Positions 18,266 to 27,334 of a stretch of DNA of 39,317 nucleotides are shown piece after piece; within the stretch, counting starts at the first letter, position 1, and each line of letters opens with the position of its first letter. Source of the stretch: a virus (lineage: Duplodnaviria; Heunggongvirae; Uroviricota; Caudoviricetes); the IMG/VR virus record IMGVR_UViG_2695420380_000015; one strand, written 5' to 3'. The position numbers and the translations under genes are program-made. The notes beneath the pieces are model-generated. The model worked only from the letters and a program-made list of their open reading frames with translations, ran no database searches and had not been told where the DNA came from.

Positions 18266-18386
18266 CGGTCAGTGGCGGGGGTCGAACCCGCATACATGAT
18301 CCACCCGGAGGCAGGCACCGACTTTACCAGTTAAGCGTACACTGACCGCCTGTTTATTTTATATTCATCTTTTATGCGGAGGCAAT

Positions 18387-18860
18387 ATGTCATCCATTGA
18401 TGCGGCGGTCGTGGTGGACGTTGCGCGTCTCCAGCGGGTCTTTGCCCGGCTTCAGTTTGTGGGAAGCGGAAAAGACCTGGCACGCAGTGTGGCGGAGAGT
18501 CTTCTGTCATCGTCAGAAATGGCATTTGAGCAGGAAAAAGAGCCGGATGGTGAACGCTGGCATGACTGGTCAGATCCTTACCGTGAGTGGCGTACCCGTA
18601 AGGGATACACGCCCGGCAAAATCCTGACGCTGAACGGCGATCTGGCCCGCCGCCTGACCACGGATTATGGCGATACCTGGGCGCTGATTGGATCAAATGA
18701 ACCTTATGCAGCCATTCATCAGTGGGGGGGCCTGCCTGGTATGCCACCGGGACCGGCGGCCATTGGCGCACGTCCGTATATGGGCTTTGATCAGGTGGCA
18801 GAACAGGAGATCATGGACGAAATCAGAAAACGCTTTAAAAAGGCCACAGAAACGCCGTAA
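18387..18860 (+). CDS. Virion morphogenesis protein (Mu G-like)
   Basis: 157-aa ORF with RBS GGAGG; conserved position before the protease/scaffold gene. Confidence 0.7.
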   Translation: MSSIDAAVVVDVARLQRVFARLQFVGSGKDLARSVAESLLSSSEMAFEQEKEPDGERWHDWSDPYREWRTRKGYTPGKILTLNGDLARRLTTDYGDTWALIGSNEPYAAIHQWGGLPGMPPGPAAIGARPYMGFDQVAEQEIMDEIRKRFKKATETP

Positions 18861-19037
18861 TGGTTTAAGGTATACAAACGCATTACCTTACCCTCTTCAG
18901 GCGCGTGTCGTGATTTTCTAACCTGTATTTAACGGGCTTTAAAATCTGCGTGAAGCGCCTTTCTCATTTTTCCCCTGTCAGCACTTTCTGAAGTCCCGCA
19001 AAACCTGCCCCGAAAAACACCGGCTTATGCTGCCGGA

Positions 19038-20162
19038 ATGAAGACGAAAAACACGCCCAAACTTGCTTATGCCATTCTGAATGCCATCAGCCTGTCCGCA
19101 GACGGGGACGGTGACTGGTGTCAGATCATGCCAGCCGGTCGGGTAAAGGCCCGTGACGGTCGCCCGGAAAAACCGGAGGAAGGCTGGCTGATTAACCATG
19201 CGGCCGTTGAGCGTATGGTATCCGGGGTCGTGGCACTCAATCAGCCGGTGAAGATTGACTATAACCACCAGTCACTGATTGAGGGGCATGCGGCACCGGC
19301 TGCCGGTTTTGTCATGGCCTCGCCGGAGAACTTCCGTTTCAGTGAAGAGCGGGGTTTTGAAGTGCGTCCGAAGTGGAACCCTCCGGCCATTGAACACCTG
19401 CGCAATAACGAATTTCCCTGGTTTTCCCCGGTGATTGGTTATGACGAAATCACCGGTGAACCTGTTGAGCTTCGGATGCTGGCTATTACCGGTGACCCCG
19501 GTCTGACTGGCATGAATCCTGTCGCCGCACTGTCGGCGGATGACCTTTATAACGCCTTAAACCCTCCTTTAAAGGACACCTCCATGAATGAGCAATTACG
19601 CCAGTTGCTGACGGCGCTCGGTCTGACCGTGGCCGACGGTGACGAATTTACACCGGAACTGGGCACGGCGGCGCTGTCTGCCCTTACCGGGATCAAAACC
19701 CGTGCGGATGCGCACGACACCCTGAAAACGCAGGTTGCCAGCCTGTCGGCAGAGCTGGAAACCGCAAAAGGCACACCAACTGGCGGCACTATTGATCTGA
19801 CGAAATACGTGCCCGTTGAGACGTATAACGCCCTGCGTACCGAATATGTCGCGCTGTCGGCACAGCACGGCAGCACCACGCTGGAGCAGTTGCTGGATAA
19901 GGCTGAGTCCGAAGGACGCATTTTCAAAAGCGAACGCGGATACATGGAAGGACTCGGACAACAGATTGGCGTTACAGCACTTTCTGCACAGCTTGACGCC
20001 CGCCAGCCGGTTGCGGCTCTGACCACTCTTCAGACCGACACCGTGACCGTGCCGGATAAAAAGACCGCCACTGCTGTGCTGTCGGCTGAAGATATCGCCG
20101 CCGCCCATCTGCTGGGTAAAACCGAAGCCGAGTTCCTGAAAATGAAAGAGGAAATGCAATAA
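19038..20162 (+). CDS. Head maturation protease / scaffold (Mu I-Z-like)
   Basis: 374-aa ORF immediately upstream of the major head gene; acidic, helical C-terminal half typical of a scaffold. Confidence 0.8.
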   Translation: MKTKNTPKLAYAILNAISLSADGDGDWCQIMPAGRVKARDGRPEKPEEGWLINHAAVERMVSGVVALNQPVKIDYNHQSLIEGHAAPAAGFVMASPENFRFSEERGFEVRPKWNPPAIEHLRNNEFPWFSPVIGYDEITGEPVELRMLAITGDPGLTGMNPVAALSADDLYNALNPPLKDTSMNEQLRQLLTALGLTVADGDEFTPELGTAALSALTGIKTRADAHDTLKTQVASLSAELETAKGTPTGGTIDLTKYVPVETYNALRTEYVALSAQHGSTTLEQLLDKAESEGRIFKSERGYMEGLGQQIGVTALSAQLDARQPVAALTTLQTDTVTVPDKKTATAVLSAEDIAAAHLLGKTEAEFLKMKEEMQ

Positions 20163-21109
20163 TGCCTACCCCGATTACACCGGCGATGATCACCGCCCTG
20201 ATGACGGGCTACCGTTCTGATTTTCAGGCCGGGATGTCCATGGCTCCGTCGCAGTACCAGAAAATTGCGATGACCGTACCGTCCACGTCGAAATCCAACA
20301 CCTACGGCTGGCTTGGGCAGTTCCCGCAGTTCCGTGAGTGGATCGGCTCCCGCGTCATCGAGAAGATGAAAGCCTATGGCTACGCCATCGTGAACAAAAC
20401 CTTCGAAGGCACCGTCGCCATTAGCCGCGATGACTTCGAAGACGACAATCTTGGCATCTACTCCCCATTGTTCCAGGAGATGGGGCGCGCTGCGGCGGCA
20501 CAACCGGATGAACTGGTCTTTGCTGCACTGCGTGACGGGATCAGTGCGGCCTGCTATGACGGCCAGAACTTCTTTGATACCGAACACCCGGTTTACCCCA
20601 AAGTGGATGGCTCCGGGGATGCACAGATGGTCAGCAATATGTTTGTGGCAAAAACCGGCTCTGTCGGTGCACAGGCGGATTACAGTGGCCCGGCCTGGTA
20701 TCTGCTCGACTGCTCCCGCGCGGTAAAACCGCTGATTTACCAGGATCGCCGCAAGGCCGAACTGGTTGCCCAGACAAAAGTCGATGAAGGCCGTGCGTTT
20801 ACTGATAACGAGTTTGTGTTCGGTGCTTCCGCCCGTCGCAATGTGGGCTACGGCTTCTGGCAGATGGCCTACATGATGCAGTCACCGCTGACGCTGGATG
20901 CGCTGTGGCACGGCTGGTCAGCCATGCGTGACTTTAAGGCTGACGGTGGCCGCAAACTCGGCATCAAACCCACCCATATTGTTGTCCCCACTTCGCTGGA
21001 AAAACAGGCGGTGCAGCTGCTGGAGCGCGAGCTGTTCGCGGACGGTAACGCCACAGTCTCTAACGAGATGAAGGGCAAGCTGGAGCTGGTTGTCGCGGAT
21101 TATCTGTAA
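20162..21109 (+). CDS. Major head subunit (Mu T-like)
   Basis: 315-aa ORF whose start overlaps the I stop; followed by a GC hairpin; conserved position. Confidence 0.85.
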   Translation: MPTPITPAMITALMTGYRSDFQAGMSMAPSQYQKIAMTVPSTSKSNTYGWLGQFPQFREWIGSRVIEKMKAYGYAIVNKTFEGTVAISRDDFEDDNLGIYSPLFQEMGRAAAAQPDELVFAALRDGISAACYDGQNFFDTEHPVYPKVDGSGDAQMVSNMFVAKTGSVGAQADYSGPAWYLLDCSRAVKPLIYQDRRKAELVAQTKVDEGRAFTDNEFVFGASARRNVGYGFWQMAYMMQSPLTLDALWHGWSAMRDFKADGGRKLGIKPTHIVVPTSLEKQAVQLLERELFADGNATVSNEMKGKLELVVADYL

Positions 21110-21116
21110 ACGGTGA

Positions 21117-21135
21117 GCCGGGCTTACGGCCCGGC
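21117..21135 (+). terminator. GC-rich hairpin (GCCGGGC-ttacg-GCCCGGC) right after the major head gene; possible attenuator or stabiliser, with no U tract
   Basis: Perfect 7-bp stem read from the sequence, 8 nt after the stop codon. Confidence 0.35.
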
Positions 21136-21152
21136 CCCTGCGGAGGGCAAAT

Positions 21153-21512
21153 ATGAATGAACATCACACTGTGGCAGCAACAGATGATTCAGGCCTTCAG
21201 GTCAGTGGTGACAGTCCTGTCACGGTACTGGCAGAAGTGCGTTGCAGTCGTACGCATTTTCGTCGTGCGGGGTTCCTGTTCATGCGGGGACGCCAGCAGG
21301 TTGACGTCACCCCGGAGCAGCTTGCCCGACTGGAAGCGGAGCCATGCCTCACTGTACGAATACTACAGACGCCTGGTGATGATGCGGGAGCCGTGGCGGG
21401 TGTGGTTCATGCAGAGACCGGTGCAGATTTAGCCGAAGCCGAAACCGTACAGGATGCTCCCCGGAAAAAGACCGGCAATAACGCCAGACAGGCAAAAAAG
21501 GCGCGCGCATGA
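21153..21512 (+). CDS. Hypothetical head-associated protein (Mu gp35 position)
   Basis: RBS GGAGGG 6 nt upstream; ATGA overlap with the next gene. The alternative frame 21157..21432 is rejected. Confidence 0.5.
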   Translation: MNEHHTVAATDDSGLQVSGDSPVTVLAEVRCSRTHFRRAGFLFMRGRQQVDVTPEQLARLEAEPCLTVRILQTPGDDAGAVAGVVHAETGADLAEAETVQDAPRKKTGNNARQAKKARA

Positions 21513-21928
21513 ATTACGCCACCGAAACCGATATGCGGGCACGTTACCGCGAGGATTTGCTCAGGCCATTACTGGCCGTGCCCCGTTCGGATGAACCGGA
21601 CACGCGCAAGCTGAACCGGGCACTGACGGACGCGTCTGCCCTTATCGACAGCTATCTGTCTTCCCGTTACACGCTGCCGCTGGCGGTGGTTCCGGCGGTT
21701 CTTGTTCAGCACTGCTGCACGATTGCCTTTTATTACCTGTGCGATCAGCGGGCATCCGATCAGGCGCGTGACCGTTACCGTGAGGCGCTGGCCTGGCTGA
21801 AAGACGTCATGAACGGCAATGTGCCGGTCGGCGTGGATACCGACGGTGCGGCCCCTGAATCCGGGGATTTACCGCAGGTGCAGTCTGATGCGGCGGTGTT
21901 CGGGCGCAACCAGAAGGGCTTTATATGA
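21509..21928 (+). CDS. Head-tail connector / head completion protein (Mu gp36-like)
   Basis: 139-aa ORF in the conserved position, coupled to its neighbours. Confidence 0.6.
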   Translation: MNYATETDMRARYREDLLRPLLAVPRSDEPDTRKLNRALTDASALIDSYLSSRYTLPLAVVPAVLVQHCCTIAFYYLCDQRASDQARDRYREALAWLKDVMNGNVPVGVDTDGAAPESGDLPQVQSDAAVFGRNQKGFI

Positions 21929-22488
21929 TTACGGAAACCGAACAGGCATATATCGCCCGCATCCGTGAGTATTTCGGGAATGAACTGGTGTCTGTTGACA
22001 CCCATCCCGGCGACTGGAGCGACAGCGTGCTGCGCACCATGCTGATTAACGCCCCGGCTATCTATGTTGCCTGGCTGGGTGCCGGTGAAGGGCGTACCCG
22101 TGGGCGTCTGGTCAGTCACTGGGTGTTCTACGTCATCGGCGACATGCTCAATGGCCGTGAGGTCAGCCGTCCGGGACTTTATCAGATTGTGGCCCGCCTG
22201 ATTGCCGTACTGAACGGCTTCAGAACCGAAAAAACCTCACCGCTTTACTTTGAAAAGGCGGTTAACGGTTACACCGAAACGCAGGCCGACAGCGGAGCCG
22301 TGATGTACGCCCTTTATTTCTCATGCGAGGAAATGATCGACCCGCTGACGGATATCAGCTCGCTGGATGATTTCCTGCGCCATTACGAAACCTTCACCGA
22401 ACCGGAAGGCACACCGGAATTTAAGGCGCACATCAGCCTGCCAGGTGCAACCGCCGCCGGTGAAAAAGCCGGACCGTCAGAGGAATAA
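21925..22488 (+). CDS. Virion structural protein (Mu gp37-like)
   Basis: 187-aa ORF in the conserved position. Confidence 0.6.
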   Translation: MITETEQAYIARIREYFGNELVSVDTHPGDWSDSVLRTMLINAPAIYVAWLGAGEGRTRGRLVSHWVFYVIGDMLNGREVSRPGLYQIVARLIAVLNGFRTEKTSPLYFEKAVNGYTETQADSGAVMYALYFSCEEMIDPLTDISSLDDFLRHYETFTEPEGTPEFKAHISLPGATAAGEKAGPSEE

Positions 22489-22491
22489 CAG

Positions 22492-22779
22492 ATGACAACC
22501 ATTTTTATCAAACCCGCGCCGGGATGCCTGATCCGCGATCCGGACACCATGAAACCGCTGGCGCAGGAGGGAGAGGAAAAACCCTTCACCCCGTTCTGGT
22601 GCCGCCGTCTTAATGACGGGGACGTCATTGTGGTGGAAAAAGCGGCTGAAGCAGCACCGGCAGCAGCGTCTGCAACGACTGATGCCGCCGGAAAACCCGC
22701 GGGAGCGGCAGCAGAAAAACCTGCGACTGAAAAACCCGCGACTGAAAAACCCGCAGCATCAGACAAGGGGACGTCCTGA
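22492..22779 (+). CDS. Small protein with Ala/Pro/Glu-rich low-complexity C-terminus (Mu gp38 position)
   Basis: 95-aa ORF; C-terminus contains KPATEKPATEKPA encoded by a tandem 15-bp repeat. Confidence 0.5.
   Translation: MTTIFIKPAPGCLIRDPDTMKPLAQEGEEKPFTPFWCRRLNDGDVIVVEKAAEAAPAAASATTDAAGKPAGAAAEKPATEKPATEKPAASDKGTS
22714..22756 (+). repeat. Tandem 15-bp repeat GAAAAACC(T/C)GCGACT, about 2.9 copies, in frame
   Basis: Read directly from the sequence. Confidence 0.7.
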
Positions 22780-24281
22780 TGATTAACTTTGATTATATCG
22801 GCGATAACAATCGCATTCCGCTGGTACAGATTGAAATCAATAATTCAATGGCCGTGACCGGCACTCCACCACAGCGTCAGGCGGTACTGTTGTTTGGTCA
22901 GGCTGCAATGAAAGACACCACCATTCAGGGGCGCGGTCAGCTTGATGTACCAGTACGTATTACCCGAGCTTCACAAGCAAGAGAACTCTGGGGGCGAGGT
23001 TCCATGATTGCACTGATGGTAGAGGAATTTATCGCCATTAACCCTGACACAGAGTTATATGCCATTGCACAGGGGGCTGGAACAGGTCAGTCCAGGGCAT
23101 GCGTGATGAATATCATTGGAACAGCATTGGCAGACGGGGTGTTAAGTGTTTACATCGGCGGTCGCCGTTACCTCCTGCCCGTCAGTAAGGGGAAAAAAGG
23201 TAAAGAGCTTGTGGAAGAGCTGGCTAAGGTCATTAACGCTGACACTGATGCGCCATTCACTGCTATCGCAGCTGAAGTCAGTGGTGATAATGCTGAAGGA
23301 CTTAAAGGGAGCATGGGGGTTAACGCCCGCTTTATCGGTGAATGCTCAGCTCATGATTTACGGGTGAACTATTATGACGGTGAAACTACACCGGCCGGTC
23401 TTACGCTGGAGCTCGTCGCGCCAACACAGAAGGCAACAAACCCCGATATCACCCGTAGCGTCTCAGGGATGGGGAATCGTCAGTACAACTACATCGTCAT
23501 GCCCTATAAGGATGCGGCAAATCTCAAAATTCTGGCGGATGAACTGCTGAAACGCTGGGGACCGGTAAAAATGTCGGACGGTATGGTCTGGATGGCGCAT
23601 ACCGGCACCTTCGGTACGGCAACCAGTTTTGGTGAATCCCGTAATGACTTCCTGTTTACCTGCACTTCTATTCCTAAAGCACCAGAGCCGGATTATGTCT
23701 GGGCGGCCTCCATTTGTGCGGTCTGTGCGCCCTCCCTGTCAACGGATCCGGCCCGACCATTACAGACACTGGCGCTGCCTGCCCGTATGGCACCTGAAGC
23801 ACCGGCTCGTCTGACGCGGGAAGAGCGAAACAGCCTGCTTTATACCGGCATGTCCACGGTGACCGTTGCGGCCGCTGATGTGGTGCAGATTGAACGTCAG
23901 GTGACGATGTACCGTCAGAATGCATACGGCGAAAGCGATCCCAGCTATCTGGATGTAGAAACCATCTACACCCTGTCATATCTGCGTTATTCCCTGCGCA
24001 CCTTTATCACGCAGCGTTTCCCGCGCCACAAACTGGCCGATAACGGTACTCCCGTCCGGCCCGGTCAGAATATCGTGACGCCGGAGATTATGACGCTCCA
24101 GCTGATTGCACTGGGGGAAGAATGGGTGGAACTCGGGCTGGTCGAAAATCTGGACACCTTTAAAAAGAATCTGCTCGTGGAGCGCAACACAAAAGACCGT
24201 AACCGTCTGGATGTGATGTGTACACCGGATCTGGTTAACCAGTTCCGCTTCATGGCCGCGCAGATCCGTTTCATTTTGTGA
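22779..24281 (+). CDS. Contractile tail sheath protein (Mu L-like)
   Basis: 500-aa ORF followed by a tail-tube-sized gene; conserved order. Confidence 0.85.
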   Translation: MINFDYIGDNNRIPLVQIEINNSMAVTGTPPQRQAVLLFGQAAMKDTTIQGRGQLDVPVRITRASQARELWGRGSMIALMVEEFIAINPDTELYAIAQGAGTGQSRACVMNIIGTALADGVLSVYIGGRRYLLPVSKGKKGKELVEELAKVINADTDAPFTAIAAEVSGDNAEGLKGSMGVNARFIGECSAHDLRVNYYDGETTPAGLTLELVAPTQKATNPDITRSVSGMGNRQYNYIVMPYKDAANLKILADELLKRWGPVKMSDGMVWMAHTGTFGTATSFGESRNDFLFTCTSIPKAPEPDYVWAASICAVCAPSLSTDPARPLQTLALPARMAPEAPARLTREERNSLLYTGMSTVTVAAADVVQIERQVTMYRQNAYGESDPSYLDVETIYTLSYLRYSLRTFITQRFPRHKLADNGTPVRPGQNIVTPEIMTLQLIALGEEWVELGLVENLDTFKKNLLVERNTKDRNRLDVMCTPDLVNQFRFMAAQIRFIL

Positions 24282-24289
24282 GGTAAGGC

Positions 24290-24655
24290 ATGAGCGGAAA
24301 ACAGCATCAGGGCACGGCCACCATCCGTGTGAACGGACAGGAGTACGCCACCCTTGAGGGAGCCACGTTCTCCCCGTCCGGCTTTGAGCGTGAAGTGGTG
24401 AAAGGCGCGAAAGTCTATGGCTATCGTGAGAAACCCCGTGAGGCGACGCTGGACTGTAAATTTCCGGCTGGCGGAGAAGGTTCACCGGCTGCCGATGAAA
24501 TCAACACCTGGACTGCGGTCACGATTGAGTTCGTGGCCGATACCGGTGAAGTCCATATGATGACGAAGGCCTGGAGCAGTGAACCGGCCTCGCTTGACGG
24601 TGGCGGTGATATCTCCGCGAAGTTCGCCAGCGCCACCAGTACCCGTGTCCAGTAA
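24290..24655 (+). CDS. Tail tube protein (Mu M-like)
   Basis: 121-aa ORF directly after the sheath gene. Confidence 0.75.
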   Translation: MSGKQHQGTATIRVNGQEYATLEGATFSPSGFEREVVKGAKVYGYREKPREATLDCKFPAGGEGSPAADEINTWTAVTIEFVADTGEVHMMTKAWSSEPASLDGGGDISAKFASATSTRVQ

Positions 24656-24669
24656 TCAGGAAAAATGCA

Positions 24670-25149
24670 ATGACCACACGTAAGAAAAAAACGGCGGTTT
24701 CTGACGAGGCCGTGATGGAGGCTATCCGGGATGTACTTGAAGACGGCGATCCCCGCACCGCCGGGCTGGCTGAACAGCTGGCGAACGGCTATGTGGATCT
24801 GCTCGACGGTCTGCCGTTCGGGGAATCCCGTGAATACCGCGTCACCTTCCGCGAACTGACGGCGAAAGACAGCATTGACGCGGAAACCGAGGCCGAGCGT
24901 CTTATGGAAACCCGAAATGGCGGCCCGGTTCTGATAGCCTCGCCGGCACTGCGCGGCATTGCACTGCTGCGCCGTCAGATTGCCGCTGTTGGCCAGATTG
25001 AGGGGCCATTGTCTCCGCGTCAGATCGGACAGCTCAGCGAGCGCGATCTCTCCCGTCTGATGGCGGCGGTAAGCCTGCTTGATTCCGCGATGGCAGGAAA
25101 GCTGGTCGCTGAACGGGGGCGACCAGATGCAGTGCCGGGATCAGATTGA
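24670..25149 (+). CDS. Tail assembly chaperone-like protein (Mu gp41 position)
   Basis: 159-aa acidic protein between the tube and tape-measure genes. Confidence 0.55.
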   Translation: MTTRKKKTAVSDEAVMEAIRDVLEDGDPRTAGLAEQLANGYVDLLDGLPFGESREYRVTFRELTAKDSIDAETEAERLMETRNGGPVLIASPALRGIALLRRQIAAVGQIEGPLSPRQIGQLSERDLSRLMAAVSLLDSAMAGKLVAERGRPDAVPGSD

Positions 25150-25273
25150 AGAAGCCGCAATTGTGCTGGGGATGGTGACAAAAAGCGGCCCGGAGTGGGC
25201 GCTTAACCTCCCTTTATCGCAGCTTTACCGGCACTGCCGACAGACCGAAAAAATTCTCAGAACGAAGCAGTAA
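25127..25273 (+). CDS. Small overlapping ORF (48 aa) just upstream of the tape-measure gene; possible second chaperone gene or frameshift extension
   Basis: ATG at 25127 inside track ORF 25079..25273, offset +1 from the upstream frame and overlapping it by about 70 nt. Confidence 0.3.
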   Translation: MQCRDQIEEAAIVLGMVTKSGPEWALNLPLSQLYRHCRQTEKILRTKQ

Positions 25274-25276
25274 CCC

Positions 25277-27334
25277 ATGGCAAAAAACCTGAAAGCCTCC
25301 CTGATTGTCGATTTACTCGGCAATATTTCCGCCAAATCCCGCCAGTGGTCACAGGAGCTGGGGGCGTTCTCCCGTTCCGGCAGGACAGGCCTGGGTGGTC
25401 TTGGAAATGCAGCCCGCCGGGCCGGTCAGGAAACAGAACTTGTCGGCTCCCGTATGCAGCGAACGCTTGCCGGTGTTCGTGGCAGCATCCGCACGGTAAC
25501 GTCAGATTTTGACCGCCTGCAGGGCAGCATTACCGGCACCATCGGGCGGATAAGCAACCTTTACGGGATGCTGGCGGGAGGGGCTGCGGTCTACGGTTTT
25601 AATAAAGCCTTTATCCGCCCGGCCGCAGAGATGGAGAACTATATTCTGCGTCTCAACGCCATTAATCATGGCGATACGGCAAAAACGGAAGCAGTGAAAG
25701 CCTGGGCAGTACAGAACGCCAAAGACACCACCTGGGGGCTGGCGGGGGTTATGCAGGAATACGCCTCCAGTCGCGGGTTTGGCATGAGTGACAGGGAAGC
25801 CCGTCGCTTTATTACCATGCTTCAGGATCAGGGCGGCTATCACGGCTGGTCACTGTCAGATGCACAGGGTGCGTCCCTGCAACTCAAACAGATGTTTGCC
25901 CGCCAGAGTATCCAGGCAGCGGACGCCAATATTCTGACCGGATACGGGATTAACGTTTACCAGTTACTGGCCGATAAGCTGGGCGTAAACCAGAAGATCA
26001 TCCGTGAGAAAGGCGAAAAAGGAAAACTGGGGCCGGACAGCATTCGCCTGTTATTTCAGGTGATGGCCGAACAGGCAAAAGGTGCCCAGAAAAACGCCAT
26101 GAATTCCTGGACGGGAATGACGTCCATGATGGGCGATGTCTGGGACGGATTTGCCCGCGAGGTGATGGCAAAGGGACCGTTTGATAGCCTGAAAAAGAGC
26201 CTGAAAGGCTTCCTGGATTATGCCGATGCGGCACAGAAAAGCGGCTTACAGGATAAGCTGGCCACACAGACGGCCTTAGCTCTGAATCAGGGATTTGAGT
26301 ATGCCAGAGACGCTGCGACCGGCTTTTACCGGGTCATTCAGAAAGTCAGGGAAACGCTTCAGGCACTGCGCGACGCCGGTTATGGCGATGCGCTGGATCG
26401 TATTGGTCAGGGTGCGCAGACCGCCGCAAAGTACCTGATGTATATGTATCTCGCCTCCCGTGCGCTGAAGGTGCTCAGGTTTGCGGGGACGGGGGCATTA
26501 CGTCTCGGCGCAACCCCCTTACGCTATGGCATGGCGATGACCTCCGTGCTGACGTCGCCCTTCCGCAAACCGCAGACCACTGTACCGGGAACGCAGCCCG
26601 GACGCGCTGGCCGGTTCCTGAATTTCCTTACCGGGGTAAATCCGGCTGCCGTTCAGCCCGTGCTGGTCACCAACTGGCCTGCGGGTGGCCTGGCCTCAGG
26701 TGGCGGGGATGTGGTGGTCAGCGGTGACGGCAAAACCGTGCGCGGCCGTAAAAAACGCGGCCCCGGACGTGGACGGGGTGTCACGACCGTCGTGACTGCC
26801 GGTGAGCAACTGGCGGAGAGTGCCGGTAAACAGGGCTTCTTCGGTCGTATGATGAGCCGTGCCGGTGGTCTGCTAACGGCGGCCGGAAACCGCATGGGGC
26901 TGGGGCGTTTTGCCGGGCTGTTCCGTGGTGCCGGTCGGCTGGGTGGTGGTGCCCTGTGGGCCGGTGCCATGGCGGCTCCTGTACTGCTGGACAGCAGCGC
27001 CAGTGCAGCCGATAAAGCCGGTGCCGTGGGTTCTCTTGCCGGAAGTATCGCCGGTGGCGCGCTGGGGGCGGCTGCCGGTCCGGTCGGGGTTGCCATTGGT
27101 TCCACGGTGGGCAGCTATCTCGGTGATTATCTGGGGGGCTGGCTGACGCAGGCCTGGCAGAAACTGCGTGGCAGCAGTGACGAAAACGGCGGACAGGCCA
27201 CCGCGAAAACCGCCGCACGGGTGGAGCTTGTGGCCCCTGAAGGCTGGCGGGCGCGCAGTATTGATGTGGATGATACCGCACAGCATGGCCTGGATGTGAA
27301 CGTCTGGAACGGAGGGAACTATGGCCTCTACTGA
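25277..27334 (+). CDS. Tail tape measure protein (Mu Y-like)
   Basis: 685-aa ORF, helical N-terminal half and Gly/Ala-rich C-terminal part; conserved position. Confidence 0.8.
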   Translation: MAKNLKASLIVDLLGNISAKSRQWSQELGAFSRSGRTGLGGLGNAARRAGQETELVGSRMQRTLAGVRGSIRTVTSDFDRLQGSITGTIGRISNLYGMLAGGAAVYGFNKAFIRPAAEMENYILRLNAINHGDTAKTEAVKAWAVQNAKDTTWGLAGVMQEYASSRGFGMSDREARRFITMLQDQGGYHGWSLSDAQGASLQLKQMFARQSIQAADANILTGYGINVYQLLADKLGVNQKIIREKGEKGKLGPDSIRLLFQVMAEQAKGAQKNAMNSWTGMTSMMGDVWDGFAREVMAKGPFDSLKKSLKGFLDYADAAQKSGLQDKLATQTALALNQGFEYARDAATGFYRVIQKVRETLQALRDAGYGDALDRIGQGAQTAAKYLMYMYLASRALKVLRFAGTGALRLGATPLRYGMAMTSVLTSPFRKPQTTVPGTQPGRAGRFLNFLTGVNPAAVQPVLVTNWPAGGLASGGGDVVVSGDGKTVRGRKKRGPGRGRGVTTVVTAGEQLAESAGKQGFFGRMMSRAGGLLTAAGNRMGLGRFAGLFRGAGRLGGGALWAGAMAAPVLLDSSASAADKAGAVGSLAGSIAGGALGAAAGPVGVAIGSTVGSYLGDYLGGWLTQAWQKLRGSSDENGGQATAKTAARVELVAPEGWRARSIDVDDTAQHGLDVNVWNGGNYGLY

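Noticed and set aside
18266-18348. Calling the tRNA-like element a bona fide tRNA gene
   Set aside because: Only the T-arm and acceptor-like helix are convincing; I could not fold D or anticodon arms by hand, so it is reported as a finding rather than an annotated tRNA.
18861-19037. Anti-CRISPR/aca locus between G and I, as in Pseudomonas Mu-like phages
   Set aside because: No ORF with a start codon and reasonable length on either strand in this gap.
19547-20587. Minus-strand ORFs (19547..20026, 19596..20159, 20030..20587) overlapping the I and T genes
   Set aside because: Antisense to conserved head genes; no start signals.
21157-21432. Alternative-frame 91-aa ORF overlapping 21153..21512
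   Set aside because: The other frame has the RBS (GGAGGG) and ATGA coupling to the downstream gene.
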